From: Alphaproteobacteria bacterium
GTDB lineage: Bacteria; Pseudomonadota; Alphaproteobacteria; CAISOG01
Direction: 5' to 3'
DNA: 64,000 nucleotides
Assembly (NCBI GenBank): GCA_044345375.1
Contig: JBIJBF010000008.1
Coordinates: 141-64,140 of the forward strand
The translations under genes were made by a program, and so were the position numbers. Position 1 is the stretch's first letter, and each line of letters begins with the position of its first letter. Below are positions 51,133-60,566 of this stretch, piece after piece. A model generated the notes under the pieces. The model was given only the letters and a program-made list of their open reading frames with translations. It searched no databases and had not been told where the DNA came from.

Positions 51133-52089
51133 ATGTCGCAATTGTTTGTAAACCCGTATCAGCAGGCACCGCTTGCTGCACCAACGGCAGCGGCCGGTAA
51201 CGACGCGTGGGTGCAAGATGGCAACACCCAAAATTTTATGCCGCTGGTGGTTGAGGCGTCGGTTAAGCATCCGGTGGTGGTGCTGTTTTGGTCGGCGCGC
51301 AGCGAGCTGTGCAAAAAGCTGATCGCCTCGCTTGAGCCGTTGATTATGGCGGCCAAAGGCCAGCTGAGCCTGGTGAAAATTTCGATTGATCAATACCCGC
51401 AGATCGCCCAACAGCTTCAGGTGCAGTCGGTGCCAACCGTTTACGCCTTTGTTAACGGCCAGCCGGTGGATGGTTTTGCCGGCGCCTTGCCCGATCATCA
51501 GCTGAAACAATTTGTGCAAAATCTCAGCGGCGGCGCGCAGCTGTCGGTGCAGGACCCAACCGCCTCGTGGTTGGAAGATGCGCAGCAGGCCCTGCAGGAG
51601 AATCGTCTGCCCCAGGCGAAAGCAGGGTTTGAGCAGATTTTGCAGCTGGATCCGGCCAATTTGCCAGCGATTGCCGGCCTTGGCCGCGTGCTGCTGGCCA
51701 CCGGTAATGTGGCGGCGGTTGAGACCTTGTTGGCCAAATTGCCGCCTGAGCTGGCGCAGCATGCTGCGCTGCAACCGTTGGTGGTTGGGTTGGCCTTGGT
51801 TAAGGAAAGCGCTGCGCTGGGGGGGGCTGGCAGTGCGGAGAGTTATCAGCAGGCGCTGGCCACCAACCCCGCGGATCATGTGGCTGCCCTGGCCTTGGCA
51901 CGCCTGCGTTTTGTGCGGGGTGAGCTTAAGGAAGCTTGCGATTTGCTGCTGGCCAGCATCGCGCAGGATGCCGGTTGGCAGGATGGGGCGGCGCGGCAAC
52001 TGCTGCTAAGGCTTTTTGATGCGCTGGGTTTTGAGCATCCGGTTGCGCTTAGCGGTCGTCGCCAACTTTCTGCCTTGTTGTTTCGTTAA
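51133..52089 (+). CDS. cnoX: Thioredoxin-TPR chaperedoxin (YbbN/CnoX)
   Basis: Trx fold with SELC in place of CxxC, VQSVPTVYAF, GQPVDGF, TPR tail RRQLSALLF. Confidence 0.88.
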   Translation: MSQLFVNPYQQAPLAAPTAAAGNDAWVQDGNTQNFMPLVVEASVKHPVVVLFWSARSELCKKLIASLEPLIMAAKGQLSLVKISIDQYPQIAQQLQVQSVPTVYAFVNGQPVDGFAGALPDHQLKQFVQNLSGGAQLSVQDPTASWLEDAQQALQENRLPQAKAGFEQILQLDPANLPAIAGLGRVLLATGNVAAVETLLAKLPPELAQHAALQPLVVGLALVKESAALGGAGSAESYQQALATNPADHVAALALARLRFVRGELKEACDLLLASIAQDAGWQDGAARQLLLRLFDALGFEHPVALSGRRQLSALLFR

Positions 52090-52107
52090 CCCAAAGATTG
52101 TTTTTTT

Positions 52108-52920
52108 ATGATGCACAGCCTTGCCAAACGCCATCCCTTAGACCCTGCGGCGGAAGATTTGCCAAAAGTTTTGCCGCTTTTGCCGGTCTCTGGCATGGTT
52201 TTGCTGCCGGGCGGCTATTTGCCGCTGAATGTGCATGAATCTCGCTACACCCATTTGATCGAAGATGCCCTGCGCACGCCCACCCGCCTGATTGGCTTGA
52301 TTCAGCCCCGCCATTTTTCTGAGGCTCTCAAGGCGCGGGGGGATTCTGATCAGCCCGCCCCCCGTAAGGGCAGAAAAAAACAGGGGGATGCGGCTTCCGA
52401 AGACGACACGCCAAACCGGATCGGCGGTTATCACTTCCAAAGCATTCAGGTGCGCGGCGACTTGCAGCTTTACGATATCGGCTGCGCGGGGCGGATTTCG
52501 GCCTTTAGTGAGGAGGAGGATGGGCAAATTTTGGTTCGTCTGACCGGCGTTTGCCGCTTTCGGGTGGCCAAACATATGTCGGATGTTAACGGCTATCCCC
52601 GGATTCGTCCGGATTGGCAGGAATTTACCGAGGATTTAAGCAGTCCTTTGAATATCGACGGCGTGATTAACCGCGATCGTTTTTTGCCGATTTTGCGCGA
52701 ATATTTTCGCCTGGAATCGATTGACGTCAATTGGGATATGATTCATGAAACTGGTGACGAGCCGTTGATGACCACCCTTTGCCTGATGTGCCCCTTTGTT
52801 TCGCAGGAAAAACAGGCGTTGTTGGAGGCGCCAACCTTAAGTGACCGTGCGCGCATCCTGCAGGCCTTAATCGAAATGGCCGCCGTGCCCGACACGCTAA
52901 CCGGCCACGCGCAGCATTAA
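52108..52920 (+). CDS. Lon N-terminal substrate-binding domain protein
   Basis: LLPGGYLPLNVHESRY, IGCAGRI, LTGVCRF, EKQALLEA; usual neighbour of ybbN. Confidence 0.9.
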   Translation: MMHSLAKRHPLDPAAEDLPKVLPLLPVSGMVLLPGGYLPLNVHESRYTHLIEDALRTPTRLIGLIQPRHFSEALKARGDSDQPAPRKGRKKQGDAASEDDTPNRIGGYHFQSIQVRGDLQLYDIGCAGRISAFSEEEDGQILVRLTGVCRFRVAKHMSDVNGYPRIRPDWQEFTEDLSSPLNIDGVINRDRFLPILREYFRLESIDVNWDMIHETGDEPLMTTLCLMCPFVSQEKQALLEAPTLSDRARILQALIEMAAVPDTLTGHAQH

Positions 52921-52927
52921 CGATTTC

Positions 52928-53599
52928 CTACGCGGCAGCCTTGGGATACAAATGCTCCACCAAAAACTGTGCGCCCGCTGCTAAGCCGCGGTCATCAATG
53001 CCATGACCCAACGCATCCAGCACCAGCAGCTTAACCGGCACCTGATGTTGATCCAACGCCTCAGCCGCGGCCAGGGTGGCCTGATGCGGCACCACGGTGT
53101 CATCCTTGCCATGGATCAGCAAGATGGGCGGGCGCGCCGTGATTTCCTGACCCAGATTTTCTGTTCCCAGCAGCAGGCCAGAATAGGCCAACACCGCCTG
53201 CACCGGCTTGGTCATGCGCAAAGCGGTGTACATCGCGGTCATCGCGCCCTGGCTGAATCCCAAAATCGCCACGGGAAGATCCTGCAGCTTTTTCTCAAGC
53301 AAAACCGATTCAATAAAACCAGCCAGCTGGGTTGAGGCCTGCTGCGCCCCCTCAATCAACACCGGCAGCGATACATCGTATAGGGCAAACCACTGGCGGC
53401 CACTGGGCAGATGGTTGCAAACGGTGGGCGCATTGGGGGCAATGAACAGGGTGTTGGGCAACTCCTGCTGCCAAGCCTCAGCCAGCGTAATCAGATCGCT
53501 GGCCTCAGCGCCATAACCATGCAGCAAAAACACCACCGAGGTGGGCGGTTGTTTGTTGCTGGGAGCACGATCAAGGTAGCTAAGGGTGGGAGATGCCAT
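52928..53599 (-). CDS. Phospholipase/carboxylesterase
   Basis: LHGYG, GFSQG, HGKDDTVVP, GHGI catalytic triad motifs. Confidence 0.93.
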   Translation of the reverse strand: MASPTLSYLDRAPSNKQPPTSVVFLLHGYGAEASDLITLAEAWQQELPNTLFIAPNAPTVCNHLPSGRQWFALYDVSLPVLIEGAQQASTQLAGFIESVLLEKKLQDLPVAILGFSQGAMTAMYTALRMTKPVQAVLAYSGLLLGTENLGQEITARPPILLIHGKDDTVVPHQATLAAAEALDQHQVPVKLLVLDALGHGIDDRGLAAGAQFLVEHLYPKAAA

Positions 53600-53634
53600 G
53601 TAAAAAGACCTAGAGAATAAAAAGAGTGTTGGTT

Positions 53635-54477
53635 CTACGCCGCATCAACCAAAGAAATATCCGGGGCGTCGATCGATTTCATGCCAACCACGTGATAGCC
53701 GCAATCCACATGATGCACCTCCCCCGTGACCGCGCTGGCCAAATCGCTTAGCAGATAGATGCCAGAGCGCCCAACATCATCAAGCGTGACGTTGCGTTGC
53801 AGGGGGGAGTTGTATTGGTTCCATTTCAGAATATAGCGGAAATCGCCAATGCCAGAGGCCGCCAAGGTGCGGATTGGGCCGGCCGAAAGGGCGTTCACGC
53901 GAATGCCATCCTTGCCCAAATCAACCGCCAGATATTTAACGCTGGCCTCTAAGGCTGCCTTTGCCACCCCCATCACGTTGTAGTGCGGCACCACCCGCTC
54001 AGCCCCGTAATAGGTCATGGTCAGCAGGCTGCCGCCAGGAGCCATCAAGGGCGCGGCCTTTTGGCAGACGGCGGTAAAGGAAAAGCAGGATATATCAAGG
54101 GTATTTAAGAAATTGGCGCGGCTGGTGTCCACATAGCGCCCCTTTAGCTCATCTTTGTCTGAATAGGCGATGGCGTGCACCACAAAATCCAATTTTTTGC
54201 CGCGTGCGGCCAAATCGGCAAACAGCTTGGTCAAGCTGGCCTCATCCGTTACATCACAATCAAACAGATTGGTGTGGGGAACCCCAAGGGTATCCGCCAG
54301 CGGCCGCACCCGTTTGGCAAAGGCATCCCCCTGATAGGTTAACGCCAACTCAGCCCCCGCACCAGCGGCTGCCTGAGCAATCGCCCAAGCAATCGATCGA
54401 TCATTGGCTACCCCCATGATCAGGCCAAATTTGCCGGCCAAAAGCGGCAGGGAGGAATTTTGTTCACCACTTGTCAT
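53635..54477 (-). CDS. fabI: Enoyl-ACP reductase
   Basis: GVANDRSIAW, YNVMGVAKAALEASV, SAGPIRTLA, TGEVHHVDCG. Confidence 0.97.
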   Translation of the reverse strand: MTSGEQNSSLPLLAGKFGLIMGVANDRSIAWAIAQAAAGAGAELALTYQGDAFAKRVRPLADTLGVPHTNLFDCDVTDEASLTKLFADLAARGKKLDFVVHAIAYSDKDELKGRYVDTSRANFLNTLDISCFSFTAVCQKAAPLMAPGGSLLTMTYYGAERVVPHYNVMGVAKAALEASVKYLAVDLGKDGIRVNALSAGPIRTLAASGIGDFRYILKWNQYNSPLQRNVTLDDVGRSGIYLLSDLASAVTGEVHHVDCGYHVVGMKSIDAPDISLVDAA

Positions 54478-54558
54478 TGTTTCTGCACATCAATTCTAGA
54501 ATTTTACCAAACGCCCCTAACATGCAAGCATACAGGGTGTTTTGCAAGCCCCCTTTTA

Positions 54559-54643
54559 TGGTGCGGGCGGAGGGACTTGAACCCCCACAGCTTTCGCCAC
54601 TAGGACCTAAACCTAGCGTGTCTACCAATTTCACCACGCCCGC
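54559..54643 (-). tRNA. tRNA-Leu (anticodon TAG)
   Basis: GCGGGCG acceptor stem, CTAGG-TTTAGGT-CCTAG anticodon arm, long variable arm, GGTTCAAGTCC T-loop, encoded CCA; 85 nt. Confidence 0.97.
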
Positions 54644-54733
54644 TAAAGCTGTGTTGTTTTAAAGCCATCAGGCTTGCCGTTTATTGCTGTTAAGCTTTTT
54701 TGCGTTATTTGACAAGTGGCTGTGTGCTTGGGC

Positions 54734-55240
54734 CATGGCCATCGCATCAATTGTTAACGAAAGATTAATCTGAAGATGATCAAAGGGTGTTTTGAAAGGA
54801 GAAGCCGATGATTGCAGGGGTTTTGGAGAGTTTTGAGCGGATTGAGGATCCGAGATTAAAAAGTTTTGTGACGTATCCACTGCCAGAAATTTTGTTTGGA
54901 GCAGTGGTTGGCACGCTTTGTGGCGCTGAGGATTGGGAAGAAATTGCGCTGGTTTGCGAAGAACGGCTGGATTTCTTGCGCGATTATTTGCCTTATACGA
55001 ACGGTATTCCTTCACACGATACGTTTGAGCGCGTTTTTAATGCGCTGGATAGCCAGTTATTTTCTGATTGTCTTGCGACGCTCAACCTTGCTTCAACACG
55101 AAAATGGGCGCTCGCCTTCCTCAAAAAACACCCCGCCAAAATCCCCATCAAGCGCAAAATCAAAAAATCCGCCCCAAGCCCCTCTTTCTTAAAGGAAACC
55201 CTTTGTTAATACTTTGTTAACAATTGATGCGATGGCCCTG
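54734..55240 (+). mobile_element. Internally deleted ISAs1-family element (507 bp)
   Basis: 35-bp terminal inverted repeats (54734-54768 and 55206-55240, 31/35 match) around a transposase remnant. Confidence 0.85.
54808..55209 (+). pseudogene. ISAs1 transposase remnant lacking the DDE core
   Basis: N-terminal DPR, YPLPEIL, CGAEDWEEI, GIPSHDTF joined in frame to a C-terminal-like NLASTRKWALAFLK..IKRK. Confidence 0.85.
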
Positions 55241-55329
55241 CTGGGGTGCAGTTCAAGGCTTGACAGAATCATGTTTTGGTGCCCCCCTTAGGGGACTTAG
55301 GATATGAAGGCTATGTGTGGTCAATTGCT

Positions 55330-55863
55330 GTGAAAAAAATCCTGCTTTCCCTTGGTTCTGGTTTGGTGATCTTTGTGATGGCCAGCGTGGTTGTGGGCAT
55401 TTCTTTGGCGCGTGCCGACAGCTATCAAGAAATCAATCTGATTAAGCCCTATGAGGGCAAGGCGGCTGCCAGCGTGGTTGGGTTCTTGATTGACCCTATC
55501 GTTATCACCAATGTCACCGATATTGCCTTGGGCAAAATTGTGAAACCGCTTAGCGGCACTGGCACCTATATTGTCAATTCTAATGGTTCCAGCTCAACCT
55601 CTGGGGGCGGGGTTTTTGATGGCACCCCATCGCCGGGCAGCATGACGATTCGCGGCTCATCTGGCACCGCCGTTAGCTACACGGCCGCCAGTGGGGATTG
55701 CGCCAATCCAGGGGTGCAGTTGGCCGAAACTTATGTCAACGCCGCGCCACCGGTGCTGACCGGAACCGATCAATATTTCCCCGTGGGCGCCAAGGTGTTG
55801 GTGTCGGCGCAGGCGCCAAACGGACCCGCCACCTGCAATTTCACGGTGCGTGCGTCTTATTAG
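55330..55863 (+). CDS. Secreted DUF4402/pilin-like protein, paralog 3
   Basis: GTG-KKIL signal peptide, GKIVKPLSGT, CANPGV, FPVGAKV, CNFTVRASY. Confidence 0.7.
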   Translation: MKKILLSLGSGLVIFVMASVVVGISLARADSYQEINLIKPYEGKAAASVVGFLIDPIVITNVTDIALGKIVKPLSGTGTYIVNSNGSSSTSGGGVFDGTPSPGSMTIRGSSGTAVSYTAASGDCANPGVQLAETYVNAAPPVLTGTDQYFPVGAKVLVSAQAPNGPATCNFTVRASY

Positions 55864-55882
55864 GGATAGCAGGGCAGGGGGG

Positions 55883-55965
55883 ATTCCCCTCTTGCGGAGG
55901 GGTGGCAGGCGAAGCCTGATTCCTTTAAAATTTTGTCAGGCACAGCCTGACGGGGTGGTCCTTTT
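55883..55965 (+). repeat. REP-like element copy with duplicated internal hairpin
   Basis: ATTCCCCTCTTGCGGAGGGGTGGCAGGCGAAGCCTGA...CAGGCACAGCCTGACGGGGTGGTCCTTT. Confidence 0.8.
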
Positions 55966-56352
55966 TTACGCCACCATCCGCCCGATCGCCTGACCGCCCA
56001 GCAGATGCACATGAAAGTGCGGCACCTCCTGCCCGCCATTAAGCCCACAATTGCTGATCAGGCGGAACCCATCCTGCGCCAAATCCAGCTGCTCAGCCAC
56101 CGCGGTGACCAGCTGCCAGAACCCAATCTGTTCCTCAACGCTGGCTAAGCGGCTAAAGCTCAGCAAATCGCTATAGGGCCCCCGCGGAATCACCAGCACA
56201 TGCACGGCGGCCTTGGGCTGAATGTCGTGAAACGCCAAGCCATGCGGACTTTCCAGCACCACCTTAGCCGGAATCTCACCGCGCAAAATGCGGGCAAAAA
56301 TATTGCTGGTGTCATAATGGGCGGTCGCGTTTGTAGTCGGGGCTGCGTTCAT
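55966..56352 (-). CDS. HIT (histidine triad) nucleotide-binding protein
   Basis: NIFARILRGEIP, AFHDIQP, GGQEVPHFHVHLLGG; AAGGAG RBS. Confidence 0.95.
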   Translation of the reverse strand: MNAAPTTNATAHYDTSNIFARILRGEIPAKVVLESPHGLAFHDIQPKAAVHVLVIPRGPYSDLLSFSRLASVEEQIGFWQLVTAVAEQLDLAQDGFRLISNCGLNGGQEVPHFHVHLLGGQAIGRMVA

Positions 56353-56492
56353 CATCCAACTCCTTGGTAGGCTGCGGTTTTTCTGATTTATACCGCAGCC
56401 CGTGTTGGGGGACAAGGCTAGGGTTTGGGTTTTTGAGCTTTGGTTTAGATTGTATAATATATATTATGTAAAAAATTCCCATGCAGAAAATC

Positions 56493-57680
56493 CTACGGCT
56501 GCACCAGTTGCCCCCCCACACTTGGCGATGCGACCCCTGTGGTTTTGGGGAAACTGATCGGCAGCCCGTTCACATGGCGCGCGGCCATAAAGGCGAAGCT
56601 TTGCGCCTCCAACGCATCGGGGTTCCAGCCGACTTGCTGCACGGAGCGAACTGGTGCGGGATATAACCGCTGCGCCAGGCTTTGCATCAGAAAGCCATTT
56701 TGGGTGCCGCCGCCGGTAATCAACCATTGCGTGGGCAACCATTGCGTGGGCAACCATTTCGTGGGTGAGCTTGGCAGCCATTGGCAGGATCTGGCGATCG
56801 ATTCCACCGTAAAGGCGGTTAATGTGGCGGCGCCGTCCTCCACCGACAGCTGTTGCAGCGGCGCCAGATCAAAGGCACGGCGATCTAGGCTTTTGGGCGG
56901 TGCGGCCTGAAAATACGGATGGCTCAGCAAGGATGCCAGCACCGTTGGTTGGATGGTGCCAGCCGCCGCCAGCTGGCCATTCTCATCAAAATTTTTGCCC
57001 GTGTGGCGGTGAACCCAATCATCCAACAGGCCGTTGCCAGGCCCTGTATCAAAGGCCAGCATCGATTCCACCTGTTGGTCAGCGTCCACATAGGTCAGGT
57101 TGGCCACCCCGCCGATATTCACCACCGCCAGCGGGCTTTGCGCAGCGGCGTTATCAAGGCCTCGCGCCAAGGCCAGATGGAAAATCGGCACCAGCGGGGC
57201 GCCCTGCCCGCCTGCCTGCACGTCTTGGCGGCGAAAATCATGCACCACCGGCAGCCCCAACTGCTGCGCCAGATAGGCGGCATCGCCAATTTGCACCGTG
57301 ATGCGGTTGGCAGGATCGTGGTGCAGCGTGTGGCCGTGAAAGCCGATCAGCGAGACCGGCGGCTCAAACCCTGCCAGCAGCTGCCGGCAGGCCTGCACAT
57401 GATACGCGGTCAATTCCCGCACCACATCCGCCCCCACCAACCCCGCATCTTGCTGGCCGTAACACGCCATCAGATGCCGACGAAACATGGGGCTGTAGGG
57501 TAGGGTCACGAATCTGCCCTGCCCCATTTCATGCTGTTCCACCCCCACCCCGTCGGTCAAAACCAGCGCGGCATCCACCCCATCGGCCGAGGTACCGCTC
57601 ATCAACCCCAACACCCAGATTTTTGCGTTTGTTAAGGGCACCTCTATCAACCTAATTTCTGTATGAGTCAGGGGTAACAT
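56493..57680 (-). CDS. anmK: Anhydro-N-acetylmuramic acid kinase
   Basis: GLMSGTSADGVD, GFHGHT, DFRRQD.AGGQGAPL, NIGGVAN, FDTGPGN, GGG; start uncertain. Confidence 0.96.
   Translation of the reverse strand: MLPLTHTEIRLIEVPLTNAKIWVLGLMSGTSADGVDAALVLTDGVGVEQHEMGQGRFVTLPYSPMFRRHLMACYGQQDAGLVGADVVRELTAYHVQACRQLLAGFEPPVSLIGFHGHTLHHDPANRITVQIGDAAYLAQQLGLPVVHDFRRQDVQAGGQGAPLVPIFHLALARGLDNAAAQSPLAVVNIGGVANLTYVDADQQVESMLAFDTGPGNGLLDDWVHRHTGKNFDENGQLAAAGTIQPTVLASLLSHPYFQAAPPKSLDRRAFDLAPLQQLSVEDGAATLTAFTVESIARSCQWLPSSPTKWLPTQWLPTQWLITGGGTQNGFLMQSLAQRLYPAPVRSVQQVGWNPDALEAQSFAFMAARHVNGLPISFPKTTGVASPSVGGQLVQP
56721..56765. repeat. 15-bp tandem repeat x3 inside anmK
   Basis: CAACCATTGCGTGGG twice plus CAACCATTTCGTGGG, encoding PTKWL-PTQWL-PTQWL. 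Confidence 0.9.
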
Positions 57681-57792
57681 TTTCGCTTGATGGGTGGGTT
57701 TCGGCTGGATGTTCGGCAGTTTGGATGAATCATGCCCGTTTAGCCATTTTTAGCGGTGGGCGGTAGGGGGGCAGGGAATGAGAATGAAACGC

Positions 57793-57999
57793 TCAGGAAA
57801 TACCGCGCGACAAACCCCGTGACAGGCCATGATGCGCCAAATTGTTGCTGCCAGAACGGTTTGCAAAAATAGGCTGATGGGTTTTGCTGGGGGATGCCGT
57901 CTTGGTCGCAAACAACCATTGAATCCAGGGATTCCCTATGGAAGGGATCCCCCGAATTCCTTGGCCATCTTGGGCAACTATTGGTTTTAAAAACTGCAT
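57793..57999 (-). CDS. Candidate leaderless 68-aa small ORF
   Basis: Occupies the helicase-anmK gap; ATG 6 nt after a TATATT -10 box. Confidence 0.25.
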   Translation of the reverse strand: MQFLKPIVAQDGQGIRGIPSIGNPWIQWLFATKTASPSKTHQPIFANRSGSNNLAHHGLSRGLSRGIS

Positions 58000-58016
58000 A
58001 AATTCAATATAGGGAT

Positions 58017-58042
58017 TTTTTGTAATAATGCAACAAGTTTTT
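58017..58042 (-). promoter_or_regulatory. Duplicated 26-bp promoter motif, copy 2
   Basis: AAAAACTTGTTGCATTATTACAAAAA; TTGCAT-N16-TATATT. Confidence 0.5.
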
Positions 58043-58161
58043 TGAGCAAAACAGCAATTTTTCGCATGCGCGTTGTTGGCTGTGCGTGTGCGTTGTTGAC
58101 GGTGCCCTTACAAGAGCGCCCCCCTCACACCAAGCAGGCAGAGGGGGGTGCACAGGAACCG

Positions 58162-59655
58162 TTAAGCCGCGCGATGACCGCGGTTGTTCAGGCTGCGCCC
58201 AGATGGACGTGCAGCTCCGTTACGGTTGGCAGCGGGGCGGCCAGAACCTGAACCCGCGCCAAAACCACCGGAACGTGGCGCAAAGCCATCACGGCTGTCA
58301 CGACCACCGCCGCCGCCACGGCTATCACCGCGATTGCCACTGCGGTCATCTTGGCCGCCGCGACGATTGTCGCCGCCACCCCGATGATCTGTTCTTTGAT
58401 CGCCCCTGGCATCACGGCCAGCAAAGCGGCTGTTGCTGTTAGGACGGGAAGTGTTAGGACGTGCCGAGAAACGATCGTTGGCGCCACCCCTGCTGTTGCC
58501 GCGATCCCGCTGCTCAGCCGCTGCCGCCTCCTCAGGATTCATCAGGCGGTGAATGGCGCGCCATTTGATGCGATCGCCTGGGGTTACCAAACACACCGCT
58601 GATCCGGTTGCGCCGGCACGCGCGGTGCGGCCGATGCGGTGGATGTAATCCTCAGGGCACTGGGGCAGGTCATAGTTGATCACATGGGCGATATGGGGAA
58701 TGTCCAAACCGCGGGCGGCAACATCGGTGGCCACCATGATGCGGTATTCCTTGTCACGAAAGCCCTGGATCACATAGGCGCGTTCGCGTTGGCGCAGATC
58801 CCCATGAATCGCCTCAGCCGCATGGTCATGATCGACCAGCGTTTCGGCCAGGCGGGCGGCGCCATGTTTGGTTTTCACGAACACGATCACCGATCCCTCA
58901 CGATCTTCCAGCAAATTTAGCAGGTGGCCGTATTTGTCGGCATCGTTGGTTTGAATCACCTCCTGCTTAATATTGGGCGCCACCGCGGTGGTCGAACCAA
59001 TCGCAATCCGTTCAGGGTTGGTCAGGTATTTTTCTGAAAGTTTGATGATGTTTTTGGGCAAGGTTGCCGAAAACAACAGGGTTTGGCGGGTGGTGGGCAA
59101 ATAGGTGGCAATTTGTTCCAGCTGAATGCCAAAGCCCATGTCCAGCATGCGATCGGCCTCATCCAACACCAGAAAGTCGGCGGTAGAAAGGTCAAGACTG
59201 CGGCGGTTCAGGTGGTCAAAAATGCGCCCTGGGGTGCCAACAATCAGGCGGGGGCGTTGGCGCAGCTGGTTAAACTGCCGGCTGATCCCCTCACCACCAA
59301 TCAGCAGCGCGCTTTTGATGCCATGTTGTTTGCCGGCAAATTTTTGCAATTGATCCAAAACCTGCACCGCCAATTCGCGGGTTGGCGTCATCACCAATGC
59401 GGTGCTGTTAGGATTGCTTAGCAGATGGACAATCATCGGAATGCCGTAAGCCGCGGTTTTGCCGGTACCGGTTTGCGCGGTGGTCAACATATCTCTGCCG
59501 GTTAACGCAACCGGAATCGCGGCGGCCTGCACGGCGGTGGGGGCGGTGAAATTCAGCCCAGCCAAGGCCTCAAGCAAGATTTCGGGCAGGCCAAAACCAT
59601 AAAAATTGTCAACAGAGGTCGATACAGGGTTTTCTGTGGATACAGAGGTGTTCAT
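58162..59655 (-). CDS. DEAD-box RNA helicase with R/G-rich tail
   Basis: AQTGTGKT, PTRELA, DEAD, SAT, ARGLD, HRIGRTAR. Confidence 0.97.
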   Translation of the reverse strand: MNTSVSTENPVSTSVDNFYGFGLPEILLEALAGLNFTAPTAVQAAAIPVALTGRDMLTTAQTGTGKTAAYGIPMIVHLLSNPNSTALVMTPTRELAVQVLDQLQKFAGKQHGIKSALLIGGEGISRQFNQLRQRPRLIVGTPGRIFDHLNRRSLDLSTADFLVLDEADRMLDMGFGIQLEQIATYLPTTRQTLLFSATLPKNIIKLSEKYLTNPERIAIGSTTAVAPNIKQEVIQTNDADKYGHLLNLLEDREGSVIVFVKTKHGAARLAETLVDHDHAAEAIHGDLRQRERAYVIQGFRDKEYRIMVATDVAARGLDIPHIAHVINYDLPQCPEDYIHRIGRTARAGATGSAVCLVTPGDRIKWRAIHRLMNPEEAAAAEQRDRGNSRGGANDRFSARPNTSRPNSNSRFAGRDARGDQRTDHRGGGDNRRGGQDDRSGNRGDSRGGGGGRDSRDGFAPRSGGFGAGSGSGRPAANRNGAARPSGRSLNNRGHRAA

Positions 59656-59929
59656 TGCAGTGTCCTTTTTTGATGATCAAACGCCGCACAGCACGCTGGC
59701 GACATGCCAAGACGTGGTGATAAGCGCAGCAGTGATCCCTATTCAACAGCGGTTTGGCGGCAGACTTACGAAACATTCGCAAGATCTATGGATCATGACA
59801 AAAGCAGACAAGAATACGCAGTGCTTGCACCATTCGTATCCCGTCTGCTTTGCATTCCAAACAACAGGCCAAACTCACTCCAAATAGGAAGCAGCAAAAA
59901 AGGCCTAGCAATAGGGAGAGTTAGAAACC

Positions 59930-60139
59930 TTAGGCTGTTGCCAGCTTCAGGTTAACCGCAGAAGTTTTCCCGCGGGAGGTGTCGAGTTCATAACTGACGC
60001 GTTGACCCTCATTCAGGCCATTCAGACCAGCTTGTTGAACCGCGCTGATATGAACAAACACATCGTTGCCACCTTGTTCCGGTTGAATGAAACCAAAACC
60101 CTTGGTGGGGTTAAACCATTTTACGATACCGACAGACAT
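59930..60139 (-). CDS. cspA: Cold-shock protein
   Basis: VKWFNPTKGFGFI, DVFVHISA; start ATG 60139. Confidence 0.96.
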   Translation of the reverse strand: MSVGIVKWFNPTKGFGFIQPEQGGNDVFVHISAVQQAGLNGLNEGQRVSYELDTSRGKTSAVNLKLATA

Positions 60140-60347
60140 TAATATAGTTCCTTTAAGTGTTGATGATGACAGCTGCCCATACACCGACAGCGGCCGAGTT
60201 TCTCTTGAACGCGGTACCATCCGCCAACTCACATCAACAACACTGAATTGGCGCATTCACATTTGCCAATTTTTTGCCCTTTAGGGAGCCGAAGCCAAAC
60301 TCTTGAGGATTTCTGCCAGATTTCCCCAATATTGTCAAGTTTTTTCT

Positions 60348-60496
60348 TATAGTCGTTTCAATTTAAAAAGTTACAGCATGCGAAAATGTCATGAGATCGA
60401 GAAACGGAGCGGAGTGTACCCATAGGTACATGAGCACCGTATCGCAGAGCTCGTGATATTTGTAGCACTGTAAGTTTTTAAAGTGGAATGACTATA
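60348..60496. repeat. ~150-bp palindromic element, copy 2
   Basis: TATAGTC...GACTATA ends; reverse complement of 6792-6939 with few substitutions; core GGAGCGGAGTGTAC..GTACATGAGCACC. Confidence 0.9.
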
Positions 60497-60566
60497 TCGC
60501 TAAAACTTGCTTGTGGGGACAGGCTGGGCTTACACTTGGTGGCCTAATCATAGCTGCGAGCCTTGC

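Noticed and set aside
54559-55965. tRNA-anchored genomic island
   Set aside because: No integrase and no duplicated tRNA 3' end; the IS lies on the tRNA 5' side
57793-57999. Secretin-like fragment (GIPSIGNPWIQWLF)
   Set aside because: Resemblance too short to support; ORF kept only as a low-confidence small ORF
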